Both the position numbers and the translations under genes were made by a program. The notes under the pieces were generated by a model. That model did not search any database and was not told the origin of the DNA. It saw only the letters and a list, made by a program, of their open reading frames with translations. Source: Haplodiscus bocki (taxonomy: Eukaryota). From it: a DNA stretch of 64,000 nt. Position 1 is the first letter of the stretch. Every line of letters starts with the position of its first letter. Shown here one piece after another: positions 1 through 11,990 of the stretch. Where the stretch lies: assembly GCA_965655095.1 (NCBI GenBank), contig OZ296649.1, positions 7,750,001 through 7,814,000 on the forward strand. Direction: 5' to 3'.

Positions 1-3000
1 AGACGAGATAAGAAATCTGCTGCGGTATTAATTTTACCCGGAATGTGTGCGATAGTAAAGTTGAATTGTAGTACAATATCGCAGGCGTTCCATAGGGTGG
101 AGGGATCATCTTTGTTTGAAAGAATCTGGTGACAGATTTACTGTCTGTCATGATGATCACTGGTTTGGTGGCACCCCAAAATATATGTCCAAATTCTTTG
201 AAGGCCATATAAATGGCTAGAAATTTTTTTGCGTATATGGACATTTTGATTTGGGATGGTGAGTATGTTTTTGAACCATAGGCTATAGGAGCAGAGGTTT
301 TGCGTGTTGACGTAAACTTTTGGTTGGGGTCGTCCTCAATTAACACTGCGTAACCAGCTGCTTGAAAGCTTGCATCGGTCATTAGGACCAGTTGTTTACC
401 AGGTAATGGCTGACGTAATGCCAGTTGGCAACATCGGTCTAAGGCATCGTTTTTTTCCCTGAATTCGTTCATGATATCAGGGGTAATCGTAAATTTGGTT
501 TTGGCATCAGTTGTTTTGAGTAGCTGGAAGAATGGGGTGAGTCGTTCTGCCAATCTTGGTATGTAATTTCGGTAGTAGTTCAAGAATACGATGTATCGTT
601 GGAGTGCTTTTTTGGAGCGTGGAAACTTGATTTTTTCGAGGAACTTGGCAATCTTCTGTTTCTGGGGGCAACTCCCTTAGTTGTTATTGTTCGTCCGAGG
701 AAATCTACATCTTGTACGCCAAAATGGCATTTGTTCATGCTGAGTTGCAAGCCAGCTTTTCGTATGCACTGGAAAACTGCTCGTAAGTTTTTGATTAATT
801 GTTCGGTGGTATTGGCGGCTATGCCAATGTCGTCGACGTATTGTGCGCATTGATCAGCTTTGATGACTGGATCGAGGTATTCACGTATGACGCTCGAGAA
901 TGCTGATAGGGAACGGTTAAGTCCTTGTGCCAATCTTCGGTACGCGAATGTTCTACTTGCAAAGTTGAATGCAAGGAGCTCAATTGATTGTTGGTCGGCC
1001 ATTTGGAGGCAATGATATGCTTGGGAACAATCAAGTTTGCAAAACAAATTTTTTCCTGCCATATGCTGTGCTGCATCCGTTAATGTGCTGACTGGGTGGT
1101 TGTTGTTGATATAATCATCTGCAATAAGTGTGTTTATTTTTCGTAGGTCAACCAAAATGCGTAGTTTCCCGTTTGGTTTCCTTTGTGCAAATATTGGACT
1201 GGCGTATTTGCTGAAGGGTAGTGTTGTGATGATACCATACTTGTGTAATAGAGCTAGTTCTACAAGGATGTCGTCCTTGAGGTTTATCGGCGCTGGAAGG
1301 CTCTGACTATAAGCAGGCCTATTGTCTAATGGTGTGCGTTGTACTTTGAACTCTGTATTGATTCCGATGTCAAAACGGTGTCGCGCAAAGATGTCATGGA
1401 ATTCCACGAGCAGATCTTCAACGACTTGTTTGGCATCCGGTTGTAAAGTCGAATCTGCCCAGTCGAAATTGGATAGAAATTGGCTTAGGGATTCGGTATT
1501 TTCTAGTGGATTTAATTTTTCTAATTGTTCCAATTCTCGCAATTCATTAAGAATGCGTGTCTGTATGGGCGTATGTTCCTGTTCATTGCCCGGATTTTGT
1601 GGCGTTGGAAACCAGTAGGTCTCATTGACTTCGTCCAGTTTCGATGTTTTTAGGAGGCTGTTTATGTATGAAATAGCGTCATCGTGATTGTTGTTCAGGA
1701 GGTGTAGAACTGAAATAGGGTTGACTGGTCGAATGTGCTTTGTTTGTTCAGGAGTCAATATGGAGAAATTTGCCATATGTGTTCCTTTTTTGAGAGTGTA
1801 AGGATGGTCTAGAAAATTGCTAATTTGGACCATATGTTTGTTGTTTTGAGTTGACGAAATTGCTGGGTAAATAAGGAGATCTTCATCGTTCTTCAGAAGT
1901 GGCGAAGGTTGGATTACTCCTGTCGCTTCGTTTTCTAAGTAAATCTGTGATTTTACCCAAATTGTGGTTCGTTTTCCCGGTTGTAGCGTAGTGTCTACTG
2001 GGTTGATTATGGGTTCAATGACATTTGGGTATGTTCGATCTTCGTTCTTCAATTGCATTGAAAAGAAGGGAAAGTTGAGAAGTCCTTAACGCATATCGAG
2101 TATGGTACTGTTGCGTTGTAGGAATAAGAGACCAATCAAAGGGCTTGTGAGATTTGTCATAACTATGAACTTTTCTCTGAACGTAATGTCACCGACTTCG
2201 AATTGCAATTCTACTGTTGCAATAGGTGCTTCTAACTGTCCATTGGCAACCATAATTTGGAACTCGGGTGGTGGGCCTTCATTTAGTATTGTATGTGAAG
2301 CCAGTCAGCGAATTTTGCGTAAGTTGGCTTCCGGAATGGCGCTTGATAAAGCACCCGTATCTATGAGGCCATCAATATTTAACTCCCCGAAATCCACTGG
2401 AAAGTAAAGCATTTTTCGTTTATTTTTTAATGGCAAATCTGTTGAGAGCGGGAGATACCTTGTGAGTCCGTCTGGTGTTACCTGGAGCTGTGGTAAAATT
2501 TGGTTGTCAATGACTGGTATTTGCCTTTGTTGGTTCTGTGGTCTCGGTCGAAAGTTTGGTAACAGTGATGTATCAGGTAATTGTGGATTGACTGTCCATA
2601 AATCAATCACTGCGTATCGTAGTGCTTCTGATACATGTTCATCCGTGATTAAATCATCGGATTCGATCTGATCATTAGGTTTATTGTAAGTATTTTTGTA
2701 CTCCAATTTGTCTTGATCATATATTTCTTCATCCCAATAGGGGTCAAATCCATATTGAGGGTCGACGAAGTATGGGTCGTAAGCAACAACTTCTGGAAGG
2801 GGTCTGAAGTAAGTATCAAAGTTGTCTGTGTAGTCATATTCGTACGTGGGAAATGTTTTATGGATGATATGCATGCTATTATATCTTCGAATGTAGGCTT
2901 TTTCCATTTGTTGCTGCCAGACAACTGATGGAATTCCTGTATTTAGCGTTTGATGAGAGTGATATACTGTAGGAGGTGGGTCAGATATAACATATTGTCT

Positions 3001-3048
3001 GACTGATGTGTAATCTGCCAATTGGAGTCGTGGCTTTTTTAGTTTAAA
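1..3048 (-). pseudogene. pol: Pol (protease-RT-RNase H), disrupted, truncated by window edge
   Basis: Protease LIDTGALSS; RT ASPIFAQRKPNGKLRILVDLRKIN, KLDCSQAY, YVDD, CHFGVQDVDFLG; RNase H LMTDASFQAAG...IMTDSK...IAHIPGKINTAADFLSR. In-frame stops at 2305-2307 and 2086-2088; frameshift near 665 (GVAP then QKQKIAKFL in another frame). Confidence 0.93.
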
Positions 3049-4940
3049 GAGTTTTTGAGAATTGATGATGGTCCTGGATGGGTCAAATTTCCTTGGTCTT
3101 GCCCGTCATTGCGATTGTCTTCTTGATAGGTCTGTTTGAACCGTTTAGGTCTGTTAGCGGCATTGGGGCCACTCCAACACTGTTCTGGAGGGTGATTTGT
3201 CCGTTGGCAATGAGGACATGGTGCATAGGATTTAGATGTCGATGGTTTCATCTTTTGGGTTGAAGGATCATTTCTCTGCCCCTGTTCTTTTCTCATCCTT
3301 TTGCGGCACTCTCGGATTACGTGGCCTGGCTTTTTACAGTAGTGACATACTACTTTTGTTTGTTCAGTGTTTTGTTGGTTATCATTTAGGGGAACGGTTG
3401 TCATTGTGGGTATTGTCAGTTCACCATCATTTTCTAAGCCACTGAGCTCTAGTTCTCTTTCGAGATGTGCCACGATTTGGTCGTACGTGCCATTTTCCAA
3501 ATGAGCTAAGTTGAGTGATCTTTTCAAATGGGGAGGTAGTTTTGCAAATAGTAAACTGTCAATCATGTGTTGAGCGTTGTCACCGAACGCTCTTTCGGCA
3601 CATTCGTTGAGCTCTTCTAAGAAGTCAGGAAGTGATTTTGTATTGGGATCGAATGTAAGTTTGTGCCATTTGTGTTTAGCTGTGGCTTGTGATTCAGGTT
3701 TGACATATTTGCGTCGGAACACAATTAACACATCATCGAGAGTTTTCTTGTTTACTGCACTGATGTTTCTGAATGTTTGAAGTGCGTCTTTTCGTAAATG
3801 GGAGTGAAAATGGTTAATTTTCATGGCTTCTGTCATTTCAGGTTGCATCTTGAGCAATGTGTGAAATAAGTCTTCAAAGAGTTCGAATTTCTCATTTTTG
3901 CTATCAAAAATTAGTGTGTTTGTGGATACTGGTTTGAGCATTGTGGCTGCTTGTGGTCGTTGTTGAGTGGTAATTCCAGCGATTGCGACAGCTAGACGGT
4001 TAATGGAGTTGTTTGCGTCTATGTTTTGATTTGCTGGTGTTTGTTCGACCACTGGTAAACTGTTGTCTTGTGATACTTGTGTTGACAGGTTCTGATATTG
4101 GTGTGATGGCGGGTTGCGTGGTGTTTGAGTGCGTCCAGTTAAGAATTCAGGCATTTGATTTGTGTGGACTGTTTGTCCTGTCACCGTGTAATGACGGTTG
4201 TGAAGCTGTTCTTTGGCTCTTGTCACCAAGTGATGACCCTTGCGAAACTCTTCTGAACCTCTCGCCGCCATATCATGGTGGTTATGAATCTGTTCTGAAC
4301 CCTCTGTCAGTATGTCGTGGCGTTCTTTAACTCCTGTCACCATGTGATGACCCTCGCTACTACCCCCTGGCGGCATGTAATGAGTGGGTGATTGTCGGTC
4401 AAACTGTGTTCCCGGGTCCAGCAATTCGCTTACTCCGTCGTGGGAGTTGCAACAAGTCTCATCATTTATATGTATTGTACCTAATGTTCTGTTGTTTTCA
4501 GATGCGTTTTCAAAAGAGGCAATAATTCCCTCATATTCCCTACATTCTGAGTTTCCAGACGCACTGGCCACATCCCGTCCAGAGGATGCATATATTGACC
4601 TGATAGCTAACTCAATTTTTGGAGCAACAATGTTATCGATGGCGGTCAAAATCGCATTCTGTATCCTATCTTCAACTGTATTAACAATATTACACATTTC
4701 TCTATCAATCCTTTCGTTAAAACACCTTTTCAAAGTCTTTACGTTCAACACATTTTCAATAATTAACGAACTAACATTAGAAGTACCAACAGTAAAATCT
4801 CGGTCATTAGTACCTTCATTGACTTCAACACTTTCTTGCCTCTCGTTCGCAGTGTTGCCAATAATCATATCTTGATCAAAATCGTCTATTTGGCTGAGGA
4901 GTCTTTTGTTCGACTGTCTTTTCTTTCTAGTAGAAACCAT
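3039..4940 (-). CDS. gag: Gag polyprotein, 633 aa
   Basis: Open ORF with capsid-like helical region (FELFEDLF...INHFHSHLRKDALQTF) and two zinc knuckles, CHYCKKPGHVIREC and CPHCQRTNHPPEQC. Basic N-terminus RKKRQSNKR. Confidence 0.95.
   Translation of the reverse strand: MVSTRKKRQSNKRLLSQIDDFDQDMIIGNTANERQESVEVNEGTNDRDFTVGTSNVSSLIIENVLNVKTLKRCFNERIDREMCNIVNTVEDRIQNAILTAIDNIVAPKIELAIRSIYASSGRDVASASGNSECREYEGIIASFENASENNRTLGTIHINDETCCNSHDGVSELLDPGTQFDRQSPTHYMPPGGSSEGHHMVTGVKERHDILTEGSEQIHNHHDMAARGSEEFRKGHHLVTRAKEQLHNRHYTVTGQTVHTNQMPEFLTGRTQTPRNPPSHQYQNLSTQVSQDNSLPVVEQTPANQNIDANNSINRLAVAIAGITTQQRPQAATMLKPVSTNTLIFDSKNEKFELFEDLFHTLLKMQPEMTEAMKINHFHSHLRKDALQTFRNISAVNKKTLDDVLIVFRRKYVKPESQATAKHKWHKLTFDPNTKSLPDFLEELNECAERAFGDNAQHMIDSLLFAKLPPHLKRSLNLAHLENGTYDQIVAHLERELELSGLENDGELTIPTMTTVPLNDNQQNTEQTKVVCHYCKKPGHVIRECRKRMRKEQGQRNDPSTQKMKPSTSKSYAPCPHCQRTNHPPEQCWSGPNAANRPKRFKQTYQEDNRNDGQDQGNLTHPGPSSILKNSLN
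3042..3048 (-). promoter_or_regulatory. -1 programmed ribosomal frameshift slippery heptamer U UUA AAC at the gag-pol junction
   Basis: Minus strand reads TCT TTA AAC TAA (gag end). The -1 frame TTT AAA CTA AAA AAG CCA CGA CTC CAA TTG is continuous with ORF 2305..3021. Confidence 0.85.
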
Positions 4941-5370
4941 GTTTGTTTAATAACTGAATTACAATAACGTTGGGAGTCAACAATAACGTGAAGAGTAGGT
5001 TGTACTTTAAACAGAGAAATTCGCAGAGATTTAACGAACACGGAGAATAATACCGGTTTTAAACCGTGAAATTTACAGAAGGGTTTGGTATAAAAGAATA
5101 GTATCAGTTTTAAAGTTATCTTCTCAACTGTTTTTGATGAGCACAATTCTTCTTCTCAACTGTTTTGTATAACAAGTTTTTCCTGTTGTGTTCAACTATT
5201 TCGTATGACGAGTTTTTGTGTTCTGTTCCTTCCGTTTTCCTTCCTGAGGATCACTCCACTTCGTTTCCTCCTACCTCGTCCTCCAATCACATAATGCAGT
5301 CCATTGACATCATTCTCTCGGTTCTATTAATAAATAGGACATCAAAGGGTTAGGCTCGGGTTACGCATAT

Positions 5371-5863
5371 TGTAATAGTGACATCATCTTTAAAAAATAG
5401 TAATATAAATAACATCAAAGAGATTCAACCCGAAATATATGTTTCGTCATCATGACATCAGTTTTAAAAAAAGTAACATGTATAACATCAAAGAATATAT
5501 ATGCCACAAAACCATGAGCGCCAAAATATGGTCATGGAAATTGGATAAATGTTGAGGGATAATGAAACCATGTTTACATGTGTATTTCATATATTGGATG
5601 GTTAAATATAGTTATAATATACTAAATATGGCAAGAGTATTAATATTAAGCTTCATGCACACGTTTTAACTTTAGGTCAAAATATGGTGGTCAAAAGTGG
5701 GCACTATGACCGTCTTTTGACCAGGTAATACTTTTCACTCATGATTTAATAATAATCAGCACTAAATAATTTCATAGCACATAATCCCATAATTATATGT
5801 TTATATAAGTACATAGCAACATTTTTTAATTAAGTCTATTCATACATTGGCTTGCTGATTACA
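5371..5863 (-). repeat. Probable 5' LTR (~493 bp) of the minus-strand gypsy element
   Basis: Bounded by the 6-bp inverted pair TGTAAT (5371)...ATTACA (5863), ~430 bp upstream of gag. TATATAAA on the minus strand near 5800; internal ~44-bp direct repeat at 5378 and 5452. Partner LTR not in the window. Confidence 0.55.
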
Positions 5864-6359
5864 TTTGAACGTATTTCGCCTTTTGTTTGGAAGCGACCAC
5901 TCGCACTGAGCGAAGTGGTCAACATTAGGTCCCAGTGACCAATTTTGACCATGCTCTGGCAGCGCTTTTGGTTGGTCAGTGTTAGATACGCGTACTTGTC
6001 TTTGACCAATCAAGTTTGAGTATAAGACTGCAGATAAATTGCGAGCTGTAAACATTTGTCTATGACCTTTCCTTCATGATACAAGCTTCATCGATATTTG
6101 TATGGATTTTGCACTTGAATACGTAAATATTTCTAAGATCATATATGTATTTTTATCTATTAGTACGTAAATCTATATAAAGCATAACTTCAAAATGGCG
6201 AGAATATTTATCTAGCAAATTGTTTATGTTTTTAATTTTTTTAATCTTCAAATAAGGGCACAGCATGTGCCTGCGTACCTAAGTTCTGCCCGTTCTAATT
6301 GACAGAGTAAACTAGGCCGTCACAGGCGGCAGCCTGCGACACCTAGATACTCATCAAGC

Positions 6360-9300
6360 TTGCGGAAGAAAGTGCGTACCTCAAACCAACTGCAATCCAG
6401 GAATGAAAAGACTCCTGAAACGAATAAAAGTAGACCAATTTTTTGGATTTTCCAACAGCTGGCGAAAAGCAGCGAATGTGCAAAACTCAACAGCAACAAC
6501 TACAACAATCAGAGAACATTTAAGTTCCCCAAATCCTTGGCATCAACGCGTCCAACTTTCAACAATAAGTCGAACGGTGAAATTTTATGTTCTTGGAGAA
6601 TTTTTACTAAAAGACGACTTTTCTTCTCATTGCCAATTTTCCCAGAATATGAGAAGCAATCTTCTCAAACTATGATGCGTGTTGAGGCTCTCTAGACGTT
6701 CAAAAGCATGAGCAAACGCTCTCGAGAATAAAATGAACTCTAAATGTTTTATTTAGGTAAAACGTAGCTCAACAATGAATGGTTACAGCAAAAGACAACA
6801 CCTAGAACCTAGTCTTCGACCACGGTAACCACAAGTAATCGGTTTTCATAACAAACATCTAATATTAGCTGAAGACGTTTTTGGAGCAGCTGAACAAGCT
6901 ATCGTTGAACATTTCAAATACTCATCAAAGGCTCCCGACCCCAAGAAATCAATGAATAAAGTCACACGTTCAGGATGGCTCAAAAAAACGGGTCGTGCAA
7001 CGCTTCGAAAAAAAATTAGCGTTGAATGGTTCGGAAGTCCGATCTGATCTACTGGTGACTACTTTGTATCAGGCAGCCAATGCTGCTGATCGCGAGAACA
7101 GCAAACTAAATTTTCATCTCCGGTGCAAAAAGTCACAGACATCACCGGATCCAGTGCCGCCCGTTTAAAAAGGAACGGAAACAACAGACTGGAGGTAACA
7201 GTAATTACTACGATTAATAATAATCCAGCAACAAGTCTGCCCCCCAACAATCAAGATGAAAAGAACCTGGAAAACTCGATCCATCCTGGTAGATACGCCA
7301 CCAAAAAAGCACCCCCTAGAGAATTGTTATTTTGTATCCAATGTCGCCAAGGAACAGCCCCCATGGAAAAGGAAAACGGCCAGACACAGCAAATCTCAAA
7401 CCCAAGTAGAAGTAAAAATTAGAAAAGTCGGAGCTTTACACTAAACACTCCCCGTTTCTACTGCAAAAGTGAACCCGGGAGACCTCTCCGACCTTTCCCA
7501 GAAGTTCTCGAAGAGCGATATCCGCAGCCGTCTCTGGATTTTTCCAAGTTAGTTGCTAGTTATTGTGCATGAAGAGTTTAACAACCAAGAGATAAAAAGC
7601 AAATTACTAAAGAAAAACAGAGCTACCGAAGAAAATTGATGTGGCACAACAAACAACGCCAGCAAACGCAAACTCACTTCAAAAACTCGAGTAAAATTAG
7701 AAATAAACTCAAGAAAAGGAAACTAGGAAGAAAATAATGTATTGTGGCACTGACTCTCAAGGAACACCGACCGGAATCCAAGAATACTCTATTTACAACA
7801 AAAGTGGCTACGATACATACAACACCATCCCTCTTCTCAAAACAATCGCCCCAGAAAATGCACGGCACAAACGGTAGTAAGACACGTGAACAGTACTGAG
7901 CTCTATATAAACTTTTGCTCCACAATAGCTCCAAAAACACAATTAGGTGTGCGTGCCTGTAAGTTCTGGAAAGACTCTATAATAGGTTTTTACTTCACTC
8001 AAGATGATATAACTGTGCATAATCAGAGACTGAATTGGAGAAAGTCATGCCACAAGCCCATACCAACAATCTCATACCCTCTGAGCAACTAGAAAATCGA
8101 ATAAAAACGGTCAATTCACAACTGAAGAAGCCGACAACAAAAACCACAAAAAAATTAACATCCTAAACCACGCTTCGGCAGAAATTTCGATTGTCATGAA
8201 AAACGTAACTGAATGCTCAACGAGATGAGCAGGATGCTCATTGACACCACATATCATTTTTTACGTTCTCCATCTGACAACGCAGATCGAGAAACAAGCA
8301 GCGAACTCAGTGCAAAATCGCAACCTTCCCTCAGTGCTTTGAACCTGATAAAGTCCCGAATGATTATAAAAACCATCGAAACTGTCATTTGCAGCCCTCC
8401 AAATTCGAAAATACCAGGTACTGAGAGAAAAAAGACAAAATCAAACAATGAACTGGTCCACTGATTTCACACTGAATGTCAACAATAACTAACAAGAAAC
8501 CTGCTGAACGTGAGAACGTGAGAATCATCTGAACTATGAAGATTTCAAAATCACAATGTTTGCAAAATTGACTCCGAATTTAAACAAGCTCAACAAATCG
8601 CTAGAAAGAGCAATCCATAAATAGATGCCATCACACCTAGACTGGCTACTTAAACGTTTTACTCAGATCAAGCAACTTGGAACACCAAGACCATTTTTTC
8701 TAGTTTCCCGCACAATAGAAACCTGGAAAAACTGAAAATCATACCCCGATGCAAAAACCTAACCTCACCGGAAAAGACCATTTGAAAAAGAATGAAACAC
8801 TATACCCGAAAACTGACATACACCCAAAAAAAACCAAAATTCTTGTACAACTTGATTGTCGTTCACTTGAAGACATGTGGTTCAGTTGACAAGATACAAT
8901 TGCCAGACTCACAGTGGTGATCGGGATGAACATGCATTTAAGAGATCGGGAGACCGATAAATGACAAAGCCGTTCACAGCCAAAGTCCTCTCGTGTCTAT
9001 CTACTTGACAGGAGACATAACTGTCGATTCGGCCCAAATGCAAAAATATGGTAAAATAACTGTAAACTTTTCTCTAAAGGTTCTTCTCCAACCTTCCATA
9101 AATGGAGAATGGAAAACTGATGGAAAACTACGTCTATTAGTCAACCTAGAGAAACTCAACAGCCTGAGGACATGTTATAACATAAGCAACAGTCACCCAG
9201 TCAGCACTGTGTCAAACGTAACACAACTAATAGGCGGAAATTTCTCTTCTGCAAACTTGAATGCCTTGAAGCACATCATTGTCTCCATATCAAGGAACAA

Positions 9301-11990
9301 CATTCACTGAAACTGCCTGACTCCGAGTTTTCACCAGAATCGTTCAGCTCCAGAAGACTTGAAATGCGCATCAGCTGATTGCCGTCTGCCTCCCCAAACC
9401 GAACGAAGGAGACCACGCACCCACATCTGACCAATGCACTCGAAACGTGGATGACATTGCAATAACAGTAACCAAGGTTACGGATATTCCTTAGATTTTT
9501 GGGGCAAACGTCGTGTGCTGTTGTGAAGCAGGTTTAAAGCTGAAAAGTGATACCTGGAGCCCGAAAAATTTTCTCTTTGGCAGTATGATCCCGTTTGCTT
9601 GAGCTTCAACCCAATCTAAATTGAACACAACTTTTTTCTGGGAAGAATGCAAAAAAAGGCTGTCTGTGAATCAAATAATGGTACTGAAATTTTTTCTCCA
9701 AAGTGTTTGAATAACTCATTGGGTTGTAGAAGCTGGGCCATGTAGAAAGAACCATCAACAACACAGCCAAACAGAAAAGTTTTTTGAACAGGTGAACAAA
9801 GCACACGTCGATGTTTGTAGATTGGCTTCAAGACAACCCTTCGCTGGAAACGACTCTTATTGTTATTGCATGCAAGCTCTACAAGTGCCAGTTATGCCCT
9901 CATGATCGAAAATAGACCATAACAGAAAATCTAAGTCAAAGTAGAATTTGGATCGAAGAGTTTCACCGTTGCTCAAATCAAATTGTCAATATAATCCGAA
10001 GAACCTTCGATTACATATGTAGCACTCCCTTAAGTTATATATAAATATTATGGGAAGTAACCATACCGATAGTTGATTACACGTTCCTGGTTACACGTTT
10101 GGAGTCTGGGAAAGGTGTGTAACTCTGTTTTTCTATCCAACTTCGAGATAGCAAACATTGCAGGTTCATTCAAGAGCAACCGATATCTTGCCCATATTGA
10201 AACCCCAGTTACGGATTCATATGAGGTCCCAAGCAAAAGGCTTATCCAGACAAAAAAGTGTAAAAGAGAAAATTCCTTCATCGGACGCCGTACACAAAGA
10301 GCAATTGGTTATCAATGAAGAGGACAGTTTTGCTAAAACAGAAAAACAAGTCTCCGAACGGACAGAACAATCGCCAATAACACAATAGAGTGAGTAGCAA
10401 AGGAGATGCCGTACTCTTTGAAGGCAAGTACCGAGGAATTTCCAAAAGAAACTGATGTGAGCAGTGCAGCGAAAGGTCATTATTGAGCGAAAGAGAGTGC
10501 ACGCGTGCGAATAGAACCGTCTACCTATAACGGGAGTACATCAAATTAAGACTGTTAGGCCAGCCTCATCATGGAGTCCTAACAGACATGAAATAAAGTT
10601 CCAAGAAGTACAGGGCAATTGAATACCTGATCACAATGAGATGCAGCCGAGTGTCGCAGCAATAGTACGAGGAAGCTACCCAAGCGAAAATTTCGAAATA
10701 CTGTCCCGTAACAGAATGCCAACAAAGTGTTCGATATTCAACACGGAGAATTGGCATACACGTTGCAGTCACGGTATATAATCTCAACTAACGAGACAGG
10801 AACTATAACCCGCATGTTGCAGAATTCATCATACCGTCAATTAAATTATGCAGTGACATTGTTTTTCACATTTTTAAACAACAGTAGCCTGCTTCCCGTC
10901 TTTAGTCATCTCCAACAAAAGATTGGCTTTGGTCTCACAGACTACTCAAAGATTTCGTAGATGTCATGGCAGTCACTTTTGAACTCACCGAGGCAAAACA
11001 CTCCACAGCTAATGGAACGCTTCAGAGGATTCTTGCTGCTTTACAAAATCCTACTTATGGAATCTCGTGAAAATAAATCAACACCGCATGATTATGTCAC
11101 GTCAACATTGCCCACCTAAACTACAACATGACTTACCACACGATTATGGATTGTCCACCTATCCAAGTCCGTCACATATGTAGTTCGAAATGCGCCCTGC
11201 GTTTGAAGTTAGGAAATTGACCACAAAAACATCCAACAAGTTGTTCAAAATTTTCTGAAAACCGCATTGAAAACACACGAATGATCTGCGAAGAAGTTTG
11301 CAGAATTGCAATGCCCGCCTAAATCAGCTACAAAGCCCAACACGGCAAAAAACCCAACGCCACGCCACAAAACTAAGAGAAATAGACTATGTTTTTAATT
11401 TAGAGCCTCAACCGGATCGTCAAAGAAGTGAAATTTCTAAGACATAAATTCGATAAGTTAGTCCTTGCATAGTCGAAAAATCTCTACAAAAAAATATGTG
11501 GTAGGCAATGTCGGCAACAGAACCCAAGCTTTCCAACGAACGCAGCTACGTCTATCCAAGCCCAACTAACCTAAACCAAATGTGTAAAATCGGTTCTATG
11601 ATTGGTAGGCTAACCCTGCAGTGATTAATAAACATGATAATTTGCAACCCAGAGCATCAAAGTCCAACTCTCTCAATCCAACCTTCGATGATTACGAAGA
11701 CGAAACCAACCCTTTTAAGTCATGTGAAAACAGAGTACGCCCGAAGCCGATGATTAACGATTGTGGTAATACTACAGATTTTAACCCCGAGCCTTGCCCT
11801 AGAAACTTTCTTGAGCCCGACGGAATGGACAACCAAGCTCCCACGGATGTTGGTATTAGCCGAAGCACAGAAAAGCTTTTACGGCATCCCAACCCTATTT
11901 TTGTCAATTCCTACTGAATTGATATTGATCTTGGTGAAACGCAGCGCCTACGTCAATTTTCTGAATATCCAGATTACGACGGAAAGGGGT
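6360..11990 (+). mobile_element. Highly degenerate Ty3/gypsy element related to the first one
   Basis: ORF 8993..9310 (QKYGKIT...GKLRLLVNLEKLN...SHPVSTVS) aligns with RT of element 1. NVDDIA at ~9445; IANIAGS (RNase H end) ~10150; gag-like fragments 6400-7400; C-terminal LRHPNP...Y at 11880-11917; purine tract GACGGAAAGGGG at ~11978-11989. Confidence 0.8.

Larger units (their letters stand above)
1..5863 (-). mobile_element. Ty3/gypsy LTR retrotransposon, 5' portion (LTR-gag-PR-RT-RNase H); integrase and 3' LTR lie left of the window
   Basis: Domain order gag(CCHC)-PR(DTGA)-RT(YVDD)-RNase H(TDAS...ADFLSR at the window edge) is gypsy-type. Few lesions, so relatively young. Confidence 0.95.

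Noticed and set aside
599-4875. Plus-strand ORFs overlapping gag/pol (e.g. 4384..4875, 2102..2407)
   Set aside because: Antisense shadows of the real minus-strand coding sequence.
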